The translations under genes and the position numbers were made by a program. This document shows, piece by piece, positions 13,400 to 26,761 of a stretch of DNA of 64,000 bases. The notes under the pieces were generated by a model, which saw only the letters and a list, made by a program, of their open reading frames with translations, made no database searches and was not told the origin of the DNA. The first letter of the stretch is position 1. Each line of letters begins with the position of its first letter. This stretch comes from Octopus sinensis (Eukaryota). The stretch is from contig NC_042997.1 in the NCBI RefSeq assembly GCF_006345805.1, positions 164,300,001-164,364,000 on the forward strand. Direction: 5' to 3'.

Positions 13400-14200
13400 T
13401 TGCAATCTTTATAAGTGAATCATGAGATTTGGAAATATTTAAGAACCTGTTTTGCTACTTTTATAACATCTTATTTAGTGTCAGTGTTGCAGGAAACTTT
13501 TGAAGTTGTTGCTCATTCAAATTATGGCAGATAAGGTAGGTTTTAGACTTGCTTTTATTGCTCTTGACAAATAGCTGTCCTTATATAGCTTCAAGATCTA
13601 TCGTCTATCCTTAGGTGACATCAAAATCCTTAAAATTACCTGCCTTATATATTCCTTATTTAATTTGATTACTATACATATTGATTTCTTGCATAGGGAG
13701 AAGGTCTCATATTTTTAAGAGGAGTTAGTTACTTTTATTGACTCTAAAATTTGACCTCAGAAGAATGGAAGACAGTATCTTTTCTAGTAGGATTTGAAAT
13801 AATAGGAAGAACCATAATTTTATTCCACATGTTGTTTTTACCTGTTAATAACTTCCAGAGATCTAGTTTCATAGCCTTCTTAGATGTTGATATGCTTACT
13901 GAATCACAGGTTTTAGATAATGGAGAAGTGCAAGTTTAGTACAATATCTTGCATGATGTATACACGTACTAATCAAAAGTAGATGTTGAACACAACAAAA
14001 TGTAATAAATATGCTTGAAGTATTTCTGCTGTATTTTTTCCTCTTTGAATCTCTCTAGAGTTCTTTGATTGCTCAGATGAGGCTAGTATTGATCCTAAAA
14101 TTTCTCATCAATTGCCAACACCTTGGTAAAAATCTATAAAATTGTAAAACAGGTCATATTGATGCAGCATTGATATTAAAAAAAAAACATGCTCTTTTGA
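13400..14200 (-). mobile_element. Heavily decayed RTE-like RT remnant
   Basis: N-L-*-F-S-K-H-I-N-I near 13880-13900 resembles NLRFADDID; other weak matches by eye. Confidence 0.4.
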
Positions 14201-15007
14201 AATACTGCTTGTGTTTTTGCAAGGATTTATTCAGCTGTTCATTTCAGTATGTTGAGAATTCTCATTATCACTTTTTTGTGTCAATTTTATCAGGGTTCAG
14301 TTTCTATTTAAATTGCTAAACATAGTATTTTGCTACAAGAATCAAGATTTTTACTGTTAGATCCAATATTTAGTACCCAAATGCAAAAAATTCAGCAGTT
14401 TAATGTTGAATAGTTAGAAAGAGCATTTAACTATTAAGTGCTGTATATAGAGGAAAAGATTAAACACCAATAAACATTAACTGTCGTATTAGAAAAGCTT
14501 AAAAAATATTTTATCTTACTTTACACAAACTTTCAGCTACCATTTCCCCACCTTACTCTTGGAAATCAATGGGATCAATGTTTTAAAAATACTCCATCAA
14601 GGAAATTCCTTATATTGGAAGCATGTTCAATATTTATTCTGATACTCTCTCAGCTCTCTTTCTTTTTCTTTCAGTATCTCCATTGGCACATTATATGAAA
14701 AAAATTACCAGTCTCCAATGAAAACATAACATTGGTGCAGAAGAAAGGATGAAAGTAGTTCAGACCTGTAAAGAAACATTGCTTTTCTGCCAGTTTAATT
14801 TCAAAAATAGAGCTATAAAAACATAGTGGAACTTACTTAAGAGAGATTAAACTTAATCTTCTTTTAATTTAGGTTTTGTTATATCTTTTTTTTTAACAAT
14901 TAGAATAATGATGAGGATGATGAAAATGAATTTGATGATGATATGAACAACAATGATGATGATGATAACAAGGATAGTAGTTGTATTGATGATGACGTCA
15001 GTGCTAC

Positions 15008-15049
<42 letters not shown>

Positions 15050-15509
15050 ATTATTATTATGCAAGCTAGATAACAAGTTAGGAGCATCTTAGATTTCACT
15101 TGATTGAATTAAATTCAATCAATTTTGGACATTGACGTAAAGAGGTATAATGAAAGCATCGTACAGTAAGCCAGTATCTTTTTTTAAATCTATTCTATGT
15201 TCCAAGTGTAAAATGTTGTGATACTGGTTATACAACAAATTAGGAACAATAAAGATGTTACTCAACTTGGTTTACCCTATGTTTTAGAACTTCACCACCT
15301 AAATGTTATTAATATGCAATGATAATTATGAGGGAGGGAATAGTCAATTCAATCAACCCTAGTGCTTGACTAACACTTGTTTAATCAACAGCAAAAAGAT
15401 GTAATGTGAAATCAACCTTATTGAGAATAACAATCAGAATAAAAGAATGTAGCTAACTATCACAAGGCATTTTGTTCAATATAATAATAATTAAAGTAAT
15501 AATAATGAT

Positions 15510-15722
15510 AATCCTTTCTACTAATGGCAGAAGGCCTGAATTTTAGTGGGTGGGGGCAAGTCAATTACATCGACCCAGTACTCAACTGGTACTTATTTTA
15601 CCAACCCCCAAAAAATGAAAGGCAAAGTTAACCTCAGCCAAATTTGAACTGAGAATGTAAAGATGGATGAAATGCCACAAAGCATTTTGCTCAACACAGT
15701 AATGATTCTGCCAGCTCACAGC
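15510..15722 (-). mobile_element. tRNA-derived SINE related to family A (older copy at ~15330-15480)
   Basis: Reverse complement shares gttcaaatt, ttgcctttcat, aataagtaccag and gggtcgat blocks. Confidence 0.7.
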
Positions 15723-15984
15723 TTTAATAATAATAATAATAATAATAATAATCATTGTTTAACGTCTGTTTTCCATGCTAGCATGGGTTGGATGGTTTGA
15801 CCAGGGTCTGGGAAGCCAGGAGGCTGCACTAGGCTCCAGTCTGATCTGGCAGTGTTTCTACAGCTGGATGCCCTTCCTAACACCAACCACTCTACGAGTA
15901 TAGTGGCTGCTTTTTCCGTGCCACTGGCACAGGTGCCAGACAAGGCTGGCAACGGCCACGATCGGCTGGTGCTTTTTACGTGCC

Positions 15985-16015
<31 letters not shown>

Positions 16016-16129
16016 CAACAACAATAACAGCAGCAGTAATGATGGTGGCAGCAGTGGCGATGACAATGACAAAGATAATGAGTTGAGACAAGGAATGTGA
16101 ACTAGTCTCCACACTTGTGGATTAAGCAA

Positions 16130-17315
16130 AGATGAGAACACTTCAAGATTTAAAAAAGTTTAGGTGCCTGTTAGAAAAGGAAATTCATCATAAGAGTGTA
16201 GAGTTAATATTTGGAAGGAAAAGATCAACAGATATATAGAATCATTTAAGATGACAACTTCTCTCTGTCTTTTTGTAATTAACTTTGGATAAGCTGAATT
16301 TTCTGGGGCATCCATATTTTTCCATGCTTCTTTCAAAAGTGCGTCTTCTATTTAGTGTCAAAAGCTTTGATAGAATATTTGGTATCCTCTTCCTAAAATT
16401 GAAGCTGTCCAGCAGCAAATCTTTCTAGAAGCCATATTGTAAAGGTAAATAATAAACATCCTTAAAGTCCTGTGGAACGATCTCATGTTGTCAAATAATT
16501 TGAAGCAATTCATGAAGATTCTCAATTAGTGCTAATCCATCTTCTTTGTAGATCTTAGCAAGGATAGATTCTGAACCAGATGCTTTACCACTGGATAGCA
16601 TTTTGCAACTCCTCCAAAGCTGATTTGGCATCCACATTCTTATAAATTAGAACCTGGGGGAGCTAATCAATGGATTCATCATTGATGGTAGAAAGGTGAT
16701 TCAGTACATTGACAAAATGCTTGGGACAGATGATGTTTAAGGTGGCAGAGTCATGGATTTCTTTCAGGCTATTGTTGGATTTTTTTCATATCATTTCTAC
16801 CAGTATAGCCTTGGATTTTATCAGCTATGCTGCTCAACCATGAGTTCTGGATCTGACATAGTATCAGCTTGATAGTGTTGTGAAGTTTCCTTCGGGCACT
16901 CTTATTTACTGAAGACTTTGTGTCATCAAGATGGGCTTTGTATGTGCAGCATTTGTTTACAAGCAACTGGGCAACAGGCTGGACACCTAGAAGTTTTCAT
17001 CAGATCAATCTTTATACTTCCTGATTAAGAGCCCAAGGCAATTCATGGCTGTGTTGTACACTGTGTCACAATGTGTGCTCCATGTTGCTTCCAAATCCAG
17101 ATTTCCCACCACAATGGACTATATACAAGAAAGTATTCAAAAGTAACTGGAAACATCCTCTGTAAGAGAAGCCTGTTGTAATTCAGGCTTCTGCCAATAG
17201 AAGTCACTTGATGTGACCCTCAGGCATCAGTCTGCTGACCGGCAGCAGCGAGTGATGACGTGATGAAACATGGTGCATCTTTGATTTGCAGTGCTTCTCC
17301 CCTGTTCATCGATTT
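16130..17315 (-). mobile_element. RTE-clade LINE fragment (APE C-terminus, linker, RT start), decayed
   Basis: LSSGKASGSESILAKIYKEDG near 16600, and LCQIQNSWLSSIADKIQGY linker typical of BovB-like RTEs. Confidence 0.8.
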
Positions 17316-17317
17316 TT

Positions 17318-17543
17318 GAAATGGCTGAAAAGAAGGAACAGGATGCTTCTGTGAGATTCTGTCTTCTGTTGGGGAAAATGGCAATTGAAACTGTTGTCAT
17401 GCTTTAAACAGTGGAAAACACATCTGGACCAATGCATTGCTTCAAATGGAGAATACTTTGAAGGCATTAAAAGTGTAAACATATAAAATTAAGTGAATGA
17501 AATAATATTGCAAAATTCTGGCTTCTTTTGGGGACCCCCTTGT
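17318..17543 (+). mobile_element. Internally deleted mariner fragment
   Basis: MAEKKEQDASVRFCLLLGKMAIETVVML fused to WKTHLDQCIASNGEYFE; ends ttttggggacccccttgTA (TACGAGGG-type TIR). Confidence 0.65.
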
Positions 17544-17552
17544 ATATATACA

Positions 17553-18405
17553 CAGGGTATGATGGGTATATTTTTAATTTCATGCATGCTCATTGTTTGT
17601 TTTTGATTTTGTTAACTACACAATATAGTAGGGTCAGTTGGGCACCGTCTGCAAGAAAAACAGCGCCATGACACAATTCACTCTTCCAGAAATTTGGAAA
17701 TGACATGCTGTACTGCTTGACATTTGCACCAGAAGTTCCAATATGAACATTTCAGAGTTCTTGAGTGGCAATCTGAGGACATACTGAAAGTGATAAAAAT
17801 CAGACATCCAGTCAACATCATGGTGTTTAGAGTGATCACAAGTTATGGCAGCGTTATGTCTCCATTCATCTTCCTACATGGCCTCAGACTCACACAAAGG
17901 CCTACATCAAGTACCTGGAGGAGGTAGTGCTGCCCTGGGTCAAGAGGATGGCTGCTGGAAGATTCTATGTCTGGCAACAGGATTCTGCACCAAGCCACAC
18001 AAGCAGGGGAACCCAGTATTGGCTGTCAGATAATTTCTGTGACCACATCACTCCTAACATCTGGCCACTTAACTCCCCAGACTGCAACCCTCTTGATTAT
18101 TATGTGTGGGGCGCAGTTGAGTGAGAGACCAACAAAACTCCTTGTAACACTAAAGATGAACTGAAGGCAAAGATTATGGCAGCATTCACCAACTTAGACA
18201 AGGGGACTGTCCAGAAGAGTTGCCAGAGATTTCAAAGTCATCTGGAGGCCGTGGTTGAAGCTAATGGCGATTTTATTGAATGTATTTATTCTTTAGTATT
18301 TCAAGATGTTTTTTGCAATTTTGGTAAATATATCTGTTAAAATGTGATGTCAGTGTTATTTTCATTTTTGCGTAATTTAGACGACAGTTTATTCATCGCA
18401 CCCTG
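17553..18405 (+). mobile_element. maT-type (DD37D) Tc1/mariner, internally deleted
   Basis: Termini CAGGGT...ACCCTG with TA outside the right end. QQDSAP...SPDCNPLDYYVW, with 37 residues between the two aspartates. Confidence 0.9.
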
Positions 18406-19486
18406 TATATATATATATATATATATATATATCATCAGTAAATCATAAATTCAAAAGAAAAGCACACTCTAAGTTATGTACACACATTTGTGTGTGTGTG
18501 TGTGTGTAATGTATGTGCCAACGTTATAACATTTTCATATGCTGTATAAATGTGCATATATTTATGTGTATGTGTAGACTCCTAATAGGTAGTATTTCTG
18601 ACATACTGTTTTTACTTGAATACAATGCAATATTGAATATAATGTGAGCTCTACTTCTTTTATGTGAAAATCAATGTTATATTTTAACCTCTTTTAATTT
18701 TTTCTTTACACAAGAGTATAATGCCACCCTACAATTTTGATCTTGATGTTTCGCATTAAATAATTGATTATACAGTTATAGAGAAGCGTCGTCAATCAAG
18801 GAACACTTGACACACAGGCTAACCTGATTACCAGAGGTAAAGACCCTCTCCCAACTATTATTTTCTGATACATGCAGAGAGTGAATTCATAGATCCATTC
18901 TGTCTTACTTTTTTACCACTATCACCCACCTTTTAATATATTTAGTGAAGGAATAATGATAATAAAATGGAGAGGAAAATGGTATATCAGTAAGTGTTTC
19001 AATATGTTCTGAGTTCAAATATAGCCTTTATCCCTTCTTAGTCAAAGAAACAAACACTTGTTGATGACTAATCTTAAATTCCTTCTGATCCAGCAGAACT
19101 ACGATCAAAATTATTCCAACCATGACCATCCTGTGTTTTTAAAAGTATTTAGAACTACATCATCAAATATATTCTTTCCTTGTGTAAGATGATAAAATGT
19201 TAATTGGGGAAAATTTGATCATTTCTCTCACATCACACAATTCTTACATAGGCACATTATACTTAAATGAATTCAATGAAATATGCTCAATCACTTGAGA
19301 AAATTAGCTTAGCATTAATTAAAGAACAATATGTTTCTGTCATAATTATATTTTCAAGTGTGAAAGCACAGTAAAATAAAATTATGGCAAATTGTTTTCC
19401 CTAGTTTACATTATTAATGTTATTAATGCTAAAGTATTAATGCTAAATTATGGATATTTACATGTGTATATATATATATATATATA

Positions 19487-19784
19487 TATAAAATATTATT
19501 TGAGACAAAACCACTATTTTGCAAAACAAACAGGAAAGACTTAATCAATACATAAAATTTAATAAATAGTCAAAAAAACCGCCACTACAATCGTTTCTTG
19601 TCTTGATCGACAATCTTCATAATTTGTAACTGAATTATTGGAAGTCCACCTGAAGATTGTCGATCAAGACAAGAAACGATTGTAGTGGCGGTTTTTTTTG
19701 ACTATTTATTAATTTTATGTATTGATTAAGTCTTTCCTTGTTTGTTTTGCAAAATAGTGGTTTTGTCTCAAATAATATTTTATA
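19487..19784. repeat. Fold-back with ~133-bp arms in (TA)n context, probably a solo inverted PLE pseudo-LTR
   Basis: 19487-19619 is a near-perfect reverse complement of 19651-19784, with a 31-nt spacer. Carries the hammerhead fold; TA tracts on both sides. Confidence 0.85.
19646..19688 (+). ncRNA. Minimal type I hammerhead ribozyme motif (PLE-type, dimer-like stem III)
   Basis: CCAC-CTGAAGA-TTGTC GATCAA GACAA-GAAAC GATT GTA-GTGG. Stem I 4 bp, stem II 5 bp, near-palindromic ACGATTGT stem III, GUA triplet. Confidence 0.78.
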
Positions 19785-20294
19785 ATATTTACTATAAAAT
19801 TGGATTTAATCCTAAATCTGATTTTTTTCCCTGTAAATTTGGATATATTCCCTAATATTTATTATATATATATATATATATATTTACTATATATATATAT
19901 ATATATGCACGTGTGTGTATTAGAGATATTACATATGAGTTGTCCCTTGCAGTTCACTTAGAACAATAGCATTTTTTTTCAATCCATCATCAACAATTCA
20001 ACATTTCTGACTTTCAGCCTCATCATCAGGATGTGAGGTATTATTGGCATATGAAGGTAAATAGAAGGCAGATGTAATTACAGCATGATATAAGAGCAAA
20101 AACTGAAGAATGCACATCAGAATTCTAGAGAAAATTGATTGAACAACAAATATACATAGCCATCTAAGTGACATAAAAGCTGAACATTTTCAGTTAAAAA
20201 CTGAAGTAGTAAGATTATTAAATTATAAACAGTAATCAACAAATGTGTGTGTGTGTGTGTATTTTTAGAAAGTTAAAAGTTATGGCTGGTCATA

Positions 20295-20760
20295 AAGTGA
20301 CCATTGGTTTTGCACCTATAAAGCACTTAGCAGTATAGGTATCTTGTCAGACTCAAATGGTTAAAGGCACATAACCTCTCTACTACTAGAGGAAGAAATA
20401 CGTAATGGTCAGTTGGTTTTGTAAACAAAATATAATTTTCTGTGCTGCAGATTGGATGGGTTCATCCCCATTACATCGGCTCCAGCCATGGTGATATTCA
20501 AAGAGGCTGTGGTAGTACTATTCAACGAATGAGGAATTCCAAGTCTGAAATATGCAACCTTTTAGATAAGTGCTTTGACTGAATGCTTCTTTCCTGAAGT
20601 TTAAAAAGGTCCCTGGCTTGAGCAAGTTCTTCTGGATACTTGCTCTCCCTGCCACTAGAAAGTTACAACATCATGTTCCAGACCAACTATGTATGGTACT
20701 TTAAATAGAAAGGAACCCCATACATAATTAAATGGAAGCTCCTTGGACAGCTGGGGGCTT
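20295..20760 (-). mobile_element. CR1/L2-like 3' remnant, related to 51055-51400
   Basis: gtgaccattggttttgcacct...gcacataacctctc block at 20297 and 51054, plus a shared tttaaaaaggtcc motif. Clade assignment is tentative. Confidence 0.45.
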
Positions 20761-21099
20761 ATGTAAATGGGAGTAAATGATGGAAACTACTTCCAATGCC
20801 AATTAAGGCAAAATTTCCAAGTGAATATTTACATAATATTCACAGTTTCTTAACTTTAGAGTGGCACCTCTTCAGACCTGCGCCAAAGGTATGCTCTTAT
20901 ATTGTATGTCTGATGGGCTTTGTGTATTGGTTATATCAGGAGAAAACAAAAAGTAATAAAAATAAAAATGTAAATAGACTGTGAAAAGATGGATAGGACA
21001 AGTACTTGCTCAGTCCATCTTTTCACAGTTTAAAACTGTTGACATTACGTAAATTTTCACTTGGAACTTTTGTGTGCTCTAGGACTAACTTATATTTTG

Positions 21100-22615
21100 C
21101 ATTTGTGGCTCCATTGGTGGCTAATGAGTCCTGCTCTTGACAAGCCTACATGACTGCAAACATTGCAAACCAAACCTTCCCCATTCACTAAACCAGCAAT
21201 GTGCTTTCGAGCAGCACGCTTAAGTTCTTCATGCAGAACATGTGCTCTCTCAAAAGTGTTGAACCCCTTTTTAACCTGCTTTATCCATCTGTGACGATAA
21301 CAGGCATTGCTCTCCTAGTCAGTCTCCTGCATATCACAGGCCTTTAATGAGGACCTGACACATTCCTTAAATCACAGCCTTGGTTTCTGCTGGGGTCTCT
21401 ATCCATTCACAAGTTCCCCATATAGCATCTGCTTAGGGATCCTGCTATCCTTCATTCTAATAAGGTGTCCAGTCCATCCTAACCGGTATTTGTGTACCAC
21501 TGCCTTAATACTCAAGATATCAGCTGTCCTCAGGACATGTATATCTGGAGTTTCTAAGGTTCAGCCAACATTCAGAATGTGTCTGAGACATCTCTGATGA
21601 AAATGTTCAAGGACCCTTACATGATGTTTGTAAAGGGTCCATGTCTCACATGAGTAAAGGAGTGATGTCAGTACATATGCATGGTACATAGCAGTTTTTG
21701 TTTGCTTTATGATGCCATGCTGGGACCAGACATGAGACTGAAAAGATCGGAAGGAATTAGTTGCTCTCTGCAGCCTGAAAGATATTTCATCATTCAGGGT
21801 GCAAGAACAGCTGAGTGTGCTGCCCAGGTAGACAAACTTGTCTACCACTTTCAGAATTGTTCCTTCAACCAAGATAGCTGGTTCCACTTATGGAGATCAC
21901 AAATAAGAGACTGGAAAACTTTTGAATTGGCAGCAAATTGGCGCAGATTAAAGAGGCAGCCAGAAGATCGATACCTGACATAATTCCCAGAAAGCTAACC
22001 TTAGCTTGAGTAAAAGCAGCAGCAAAGAGAGTTGGGGTAAGGATGTCACCATTCTCTTCAGGAATGGGTCCCGCTATGCCACCACCAACATTGACCCAAG
22101 TTTTCTCCCACCATGAAATGATTTAATTATAGATACAAAATGATTCAGACATCCAAGATTTCCAAGTATTTTCCATAGCAAGGCCCTATTCACAGTATCA
22201 AAGGCCTTGGTTAAATCAATGAATACCTGGACAAGATCCATATTCTGTTCATAACACTTCTGCATCTGTCTTGCTGTGAAAATCATATCCATTGTCCCTC
22301 TACCAGATCGGAAGCCACATTGAGATTCAGATAGGACATCATTTACAAGACACCCATTCAGGCAGGTAAGAAGAATATTTGCCAGAACTTTACCAGCAGC
22401 TGATAGTAGAGCAATACCTCTGTAGTTACCACACATTGTTCTGGTTCCTTTTCCTTTATAGAGAGGGACAAAAATTGCATCTTTTCAGTCCTTAGGCATT
22501 GCACCATCCCTCCAGACTGCACTAGTAAGTTCATGAAGGGACTGTATGATGTAATCACCACCAAATCGCAAGATCTCAGCACAAATTCCATCCTTTCCAG
22601 GTGCCCTACCAAGAT
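21100..22615 (-). mobile_element. RTE-clade LINE, RT to 3' end, decayed
   Basis: GRAPGKDGICAEI, CGNYRGIALLSAAGKVLA, SESQCGFRSGRGTMDMIF, VFIDLTKAFDTV, VDKFVYLGS, LLYSCETWTLY, and a terminal C-x2-C...SRAGLISH zinc motif. Confidence 0.93.
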
Positions 22616-23339
22616 TCAATTTACTTATTGATGTTATTACTTCATCTATTGAAATATTATTAATAGTCAGTTACAAGAGTAACATATATACACAGTTCAG
22701 ACTCCATATCCCAGTTTTTGGTCTCCACAAAATTGGCGTCACACAAATTTGGTTTTTCAAAAATAGCATTCCAAAAATTTTGGATTTCATAAAATCCGGA
22801 TTTCCATTTTTGTACAAATTCAGTTTTTGCATTTCAGATTTCAACAGTGGATTTTGAACCTTGATTTCATAAAATCTGTCTATCAATTCGGTGTTCAACT
22901 TTGGGTTTCAAACCTTGGATATTGAACCTTGGAATATAGAAACCTTGGACATACACATAATTAAATCTAATGTCAAAGCAACCATTTAAACTAAAGGTTC
23001 ATGACACAAAACAGCTGCCAAACTGCATCAATAATTATTGTTAAAATATTAAATAGTCCAGCAAAAAGCTAGTTTGCTTTAAATTCACACAAACCTGCTT
23101 AATACAAGCATGCTGAATAATCATTGGACAAAATTTACAGTTAGTTGTCTAATACAAAAATTAGCTACATGAAAAATTTTAATTCATACACCCTTTAGCT
23201 ATTTATATAAATTTTAACACTTAACTTAACAGAAAATAGCTAGCAAAATTACTACACAACCTGCCACAAACACAGGATTCAAAATTCACATAAATAATGT
23301 AATATAACAAAACTTAAGAGATTTTTCTTTTGTACTCAC

Positions 23340-23465
23340 CCAGATGTGGCACAGACATTATCTTAAATTTGACAAAAGTTCTGGCGAATTCCTGGAGCAT
23401 AAATAATTCCACAAATGCCCAACACAAAGTACAAAGTGCACGAACCAAACAGGCAATCACAACCT
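23340..23465 (-). CDS. Candidate exon (VVIACLVRALCTLCWAFVELFMLQEFARTFVKFKIMSVPHL, or 5' UTR plus MSVPHL)
   Basis: Donor TGG|gtgagt, acceptor ttttag, one open frame, non-repetitive sequence between two RTE fragments. Confidence 0.28.
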
Positions 23466-23584
23466 CTAAAATCCAATTGAACAAACTGTCACAAAAATCT
23501 AGGGGGTAAAATTATCTTTATTTATAAAGTTTGCCAGGGTGTGGCCAATTTGTCATGGTTTCAGTTTTGGTTAATAACTATAGC

Positions 23585-24190
23585 GTCCCCCATTTTAACA
23601 ATGGACTTCTCCCTTACAGTGCAGCATGACAACTGTTTTCCTGTTTGCTTTACATAATAATTTATAATTTCCTAACACTTCTCTCTTTCACACTAATCAT
23701 CATCCAGAACTTTGCTTGTACCAGACTGTGGTCTGTCCAGCATTCCGATTCATGAAAGGACTTGACATTACAAGTGTCATAGATGTCACGATTGCAGATG
23801 ATAACAATCCAGCAAGTGCCAAACTTTAGACCTTGGATGCATGCACGTTGTTGTGTGATTGCCTTTGTGCATAAAATGAGTGCTTGCAATGTAAAGTCCA
23901 TGTTCATCACAAAGCTCCAGCAGCATGAGACCATTTCTATTCATTTTCCCTATACCAAAACGTCCTAGAGAATTCCATGTTTGCTAGTCTATTCCAACCC
24001 TGGCATTGAAATTGAAAATGACTATCAGAACTGGGGATTTTCCTAAGTATGGCTCTCAGCTGGGTATAAAAAGTAGTTTTATCTTCATCACAACTAGTCA
24101 AAGTAGGTGCATAGGCAAACCGCCCACCTTTCAGGTGCAATTGTAGAGTCATTAGACGTTCATTTATAGGAACAGGAAGCTCCTGCAATT
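23585..24190 (-). mobile_element. RTE-clade LINE, APE endonuclease fragment
   Basis: PINERLMTLQLHLKGGRF.AYAPTL, TCNVKSFHESECWTDHSLV. Confidence 0.9.
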
Positions 24191-24215
24191 TCGTAAGGAT
24201 TATTTATTATATATA

Positions 24216-24400
24216 CAGTGTACATCTAAACACATTAGAGATGGCCATAATTGGACATGTAAACTGCTAGAAGGAGTAGTTAAAATCCAAAACCACAATT
24301 AGGGGAAATTACCCTAATTGTGGTTTTGGATTTTAACTACTCCTTCTAGTGGTTCAGATGTCTGATTATGGCCATCTCTTATGTGTTTAAATGTACACTG
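24216..24400. mobile_element. Tc1/mariner-type fold-back MITE
   Basis: Arms of ~89 bp (24216-24304 / 24312-24400) starting CAGTG, flanked by TA on both sides. Confidence 0.75.
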
Positions 24401-24407
24401 TATATAT

Positions 24408-24477
<70 letters not shown>

Positions 24478-24492
24478 GTATATATATATATG

Positions 24493-24590
<98 letters not shown>

Positions 24591-24625
24591 TATATATATA
24601 TGTATATATATATATGTATATATAT

Positions 24626-25025
24626 ATTTATTTTATAGAAGGAGCTTCTACAGGACTAGAACTGTTTCATTCAAAAGAAATCATCAGGAAGCTAGGTGAC
24701 AAGAATAGTTTTGGCATTTATACACTTAGGCAGGTTTAAGGGGTGGTGGTGGGGGACTTTTTGGGGTAGGCATGGCGCAAACTATCATTCTTAGGGGAGT
24801 GGTCAAAGGAATCAATGATAAAGTAGATAAAAGAATAAATAGAATAATAGAGTTTACATACACATACCCACATACATCCATACACACATGTACATATGCA
24901 CCCATTTACATACATCTACGTACTCACCCATACTCATACATACACACAAATATCTACACACATATATAAGTAAAATAAATAAATATAAAAGAGGATATAC
25001 ACCCCGTACACACACGCTCACATAT

Positions 25026-25061
<36 letters not shown>

Positions 25062-25080
25062 ACACACATTCATACACACA
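24626..25080 (-). repeat. PLE 3' terminal repeat (pseudo-LTR), left arm of the inverted pair
   Basis: Reverse complement of 28837-29337 with only a few substitutions and microsatellite-length indels. Lies 3' of the PLE ORF on the sense strand and contains a hammerhead fold. Confidence 0.85.
24643..24693 (-). ncRNA. Type I hammerhead ribozyme motif (PLE sense-strand copy)
   Basis: Exact reverse complement of 29270-29320. Predicted cut between 24649 and 24648. Confidence 0.88.
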
Positions 25081-25438
25081 ATCCGATCGTGGCCGTTCGC
25101 CAGCCTCATCTGGCACTTGTGTCGGTGGCACATAAAAACACCATCCGAGCGTGGCCGTCTGCCAGCCTCGTCTGGCACCTGTGTCGGTGGCACATAAAAA
25201 ACACCATCCGAGCGTGGCCGTTCGCCAGCCTCGTCTGGCACCTGTGTCGGTGGCACATAAAATCACCCACTACACTCTCGGAGTGGTTGGCGTTAGGAAG
25301 GGCATCCAGCTGTAGAAACACTGCCAGATCTGACTGGCCTGGTGCAGCCTTCGGGCTCCCCAGACTCCAGTTGAACCGTCCAACCCATGCTAGCATGGAA
25401 AGCGGACGTTAAATGAAGATGATGATGATGATGATGAT
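25081..25438 (+). mobile_element. RTE-tailed SINE with three 5' ~60-bp monomers, inserted in the PLE 3' region
   Basis: Core ggagtggttggcgttaggaagggcatccagctgtagaaac, 3' end ccatgctagcatggaaagcggacgttaaa(tga)n. Confidence 0.9.
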
Positions 25439-25599
25439 ATATACATTGTTTTTATTTGACCTCGACCAACGAAGCCGACACAGAGGTTGGTTTCTCCCAA
25501 GGGAGCTTGCCTTGCTGGCTTAAAAAACCATTTATTGCCCCTCTACCTTCCTTTCTATCTTTCTACCCACTGATACGAACACAAACACTCACACACGCA

Positions 25600-26076
25600 C
25601 ACACACTCACACTCATACACATACACAGACGCACGTGTTATATTCATACATACATAAGTGTACCGACTTTCACATAAACGTACACATAACTATGTACACA
25701 CAAAACCACATATATAAATAAATGTACTTCAGTACATATAAACACACAAGAACATCTGCCCGCATATATAGACTCATATGCCTATATACAGACATTTGTG
25801 CATATAAACATACATACGCATATATACACATCCATACGCCTTTAAGTACATATTAGCACACATGCACGCATACACGTGTACATAAAAGCATACCTACATA
25901 TATCTACCTACACTCATACATATACATACATGCACATATATACGCATATGTACACGTACCTACAGATTCATATCTACACGCATACACATACATACATCTG
26001 CACACACACAGAAGACTAGTCCACATATATACACAAGTATATATATATACACATATATACATATACATATATACAT

Positions 26077-26110
<34 letters not shown>

Positions 26111-26404
26111 ATACACATACACGCACGTATATACCTACATATACATACACATATATACCTACACCAGTCATATACATACCTACATACACATACATCCATA
26201 TATCTATACATATACATACACATATATATACACATGCACATACCAATACACATACGCATATCTACGCACATACACGCACTCACATCTATCTACATATATA
26301 AAAAAAGAAACCCAACAAATCCATACTTATACACTCATACACATACATACATACATATACACATATATACCCATACATATATACACACACACATATATAC
26401 ACGC

Positions 26405-26454
<50 letters not shown>

Positions 26455-26614
26455 TATATATATATACACATACATATACATACACACACATCTACATCTA
26501 CATACATATACATCCGTACGCACACCCATATACATACATACATCCACACGAGGTATACAGGCATATACACACATATATATATATACACACACACACACAT
26601 ACACACACACACAT

Positions 26615-26659
<45 letters not shown>

Positions 26660-26722
26660 TACGCACACAAATATATACCCATACATATATACACATATAT
26701 ACACACACAGATATATACACAC

Positions 26723-26761
<39 letters not shown>

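Noticed and set aside
13330-13540. Plus-strand exon-like segments with good donors (gcga|gtaagt, ATGGCAGATAAG|gtaggt)
   Set aside because: Short, and they overlap what appears to be a decayed RTE RT on the opposite strand.
15100-15122. 10-bp perfect hairpin
   Set aside because: AT-rich and short; expected by chance.
25081-25300. HDV-like ribozyme in the SINE monomer (GCC-UCGUCU-GGC resembles P3/L3, and RTE 5' UTRs can carry such ribozymes)
   Set aside because: I could not place P1 directly after P3, nor a J4/2 catalytic C with P2. A covariance-model search would be needed to overturn this.
25458-25505. Half hammerhead on the minus strand (GAAA-CCAAC...GTTGG-TC)
   Set aside because: No CUGANGA box upstream and no stem I partner; only a hairpin is supported.
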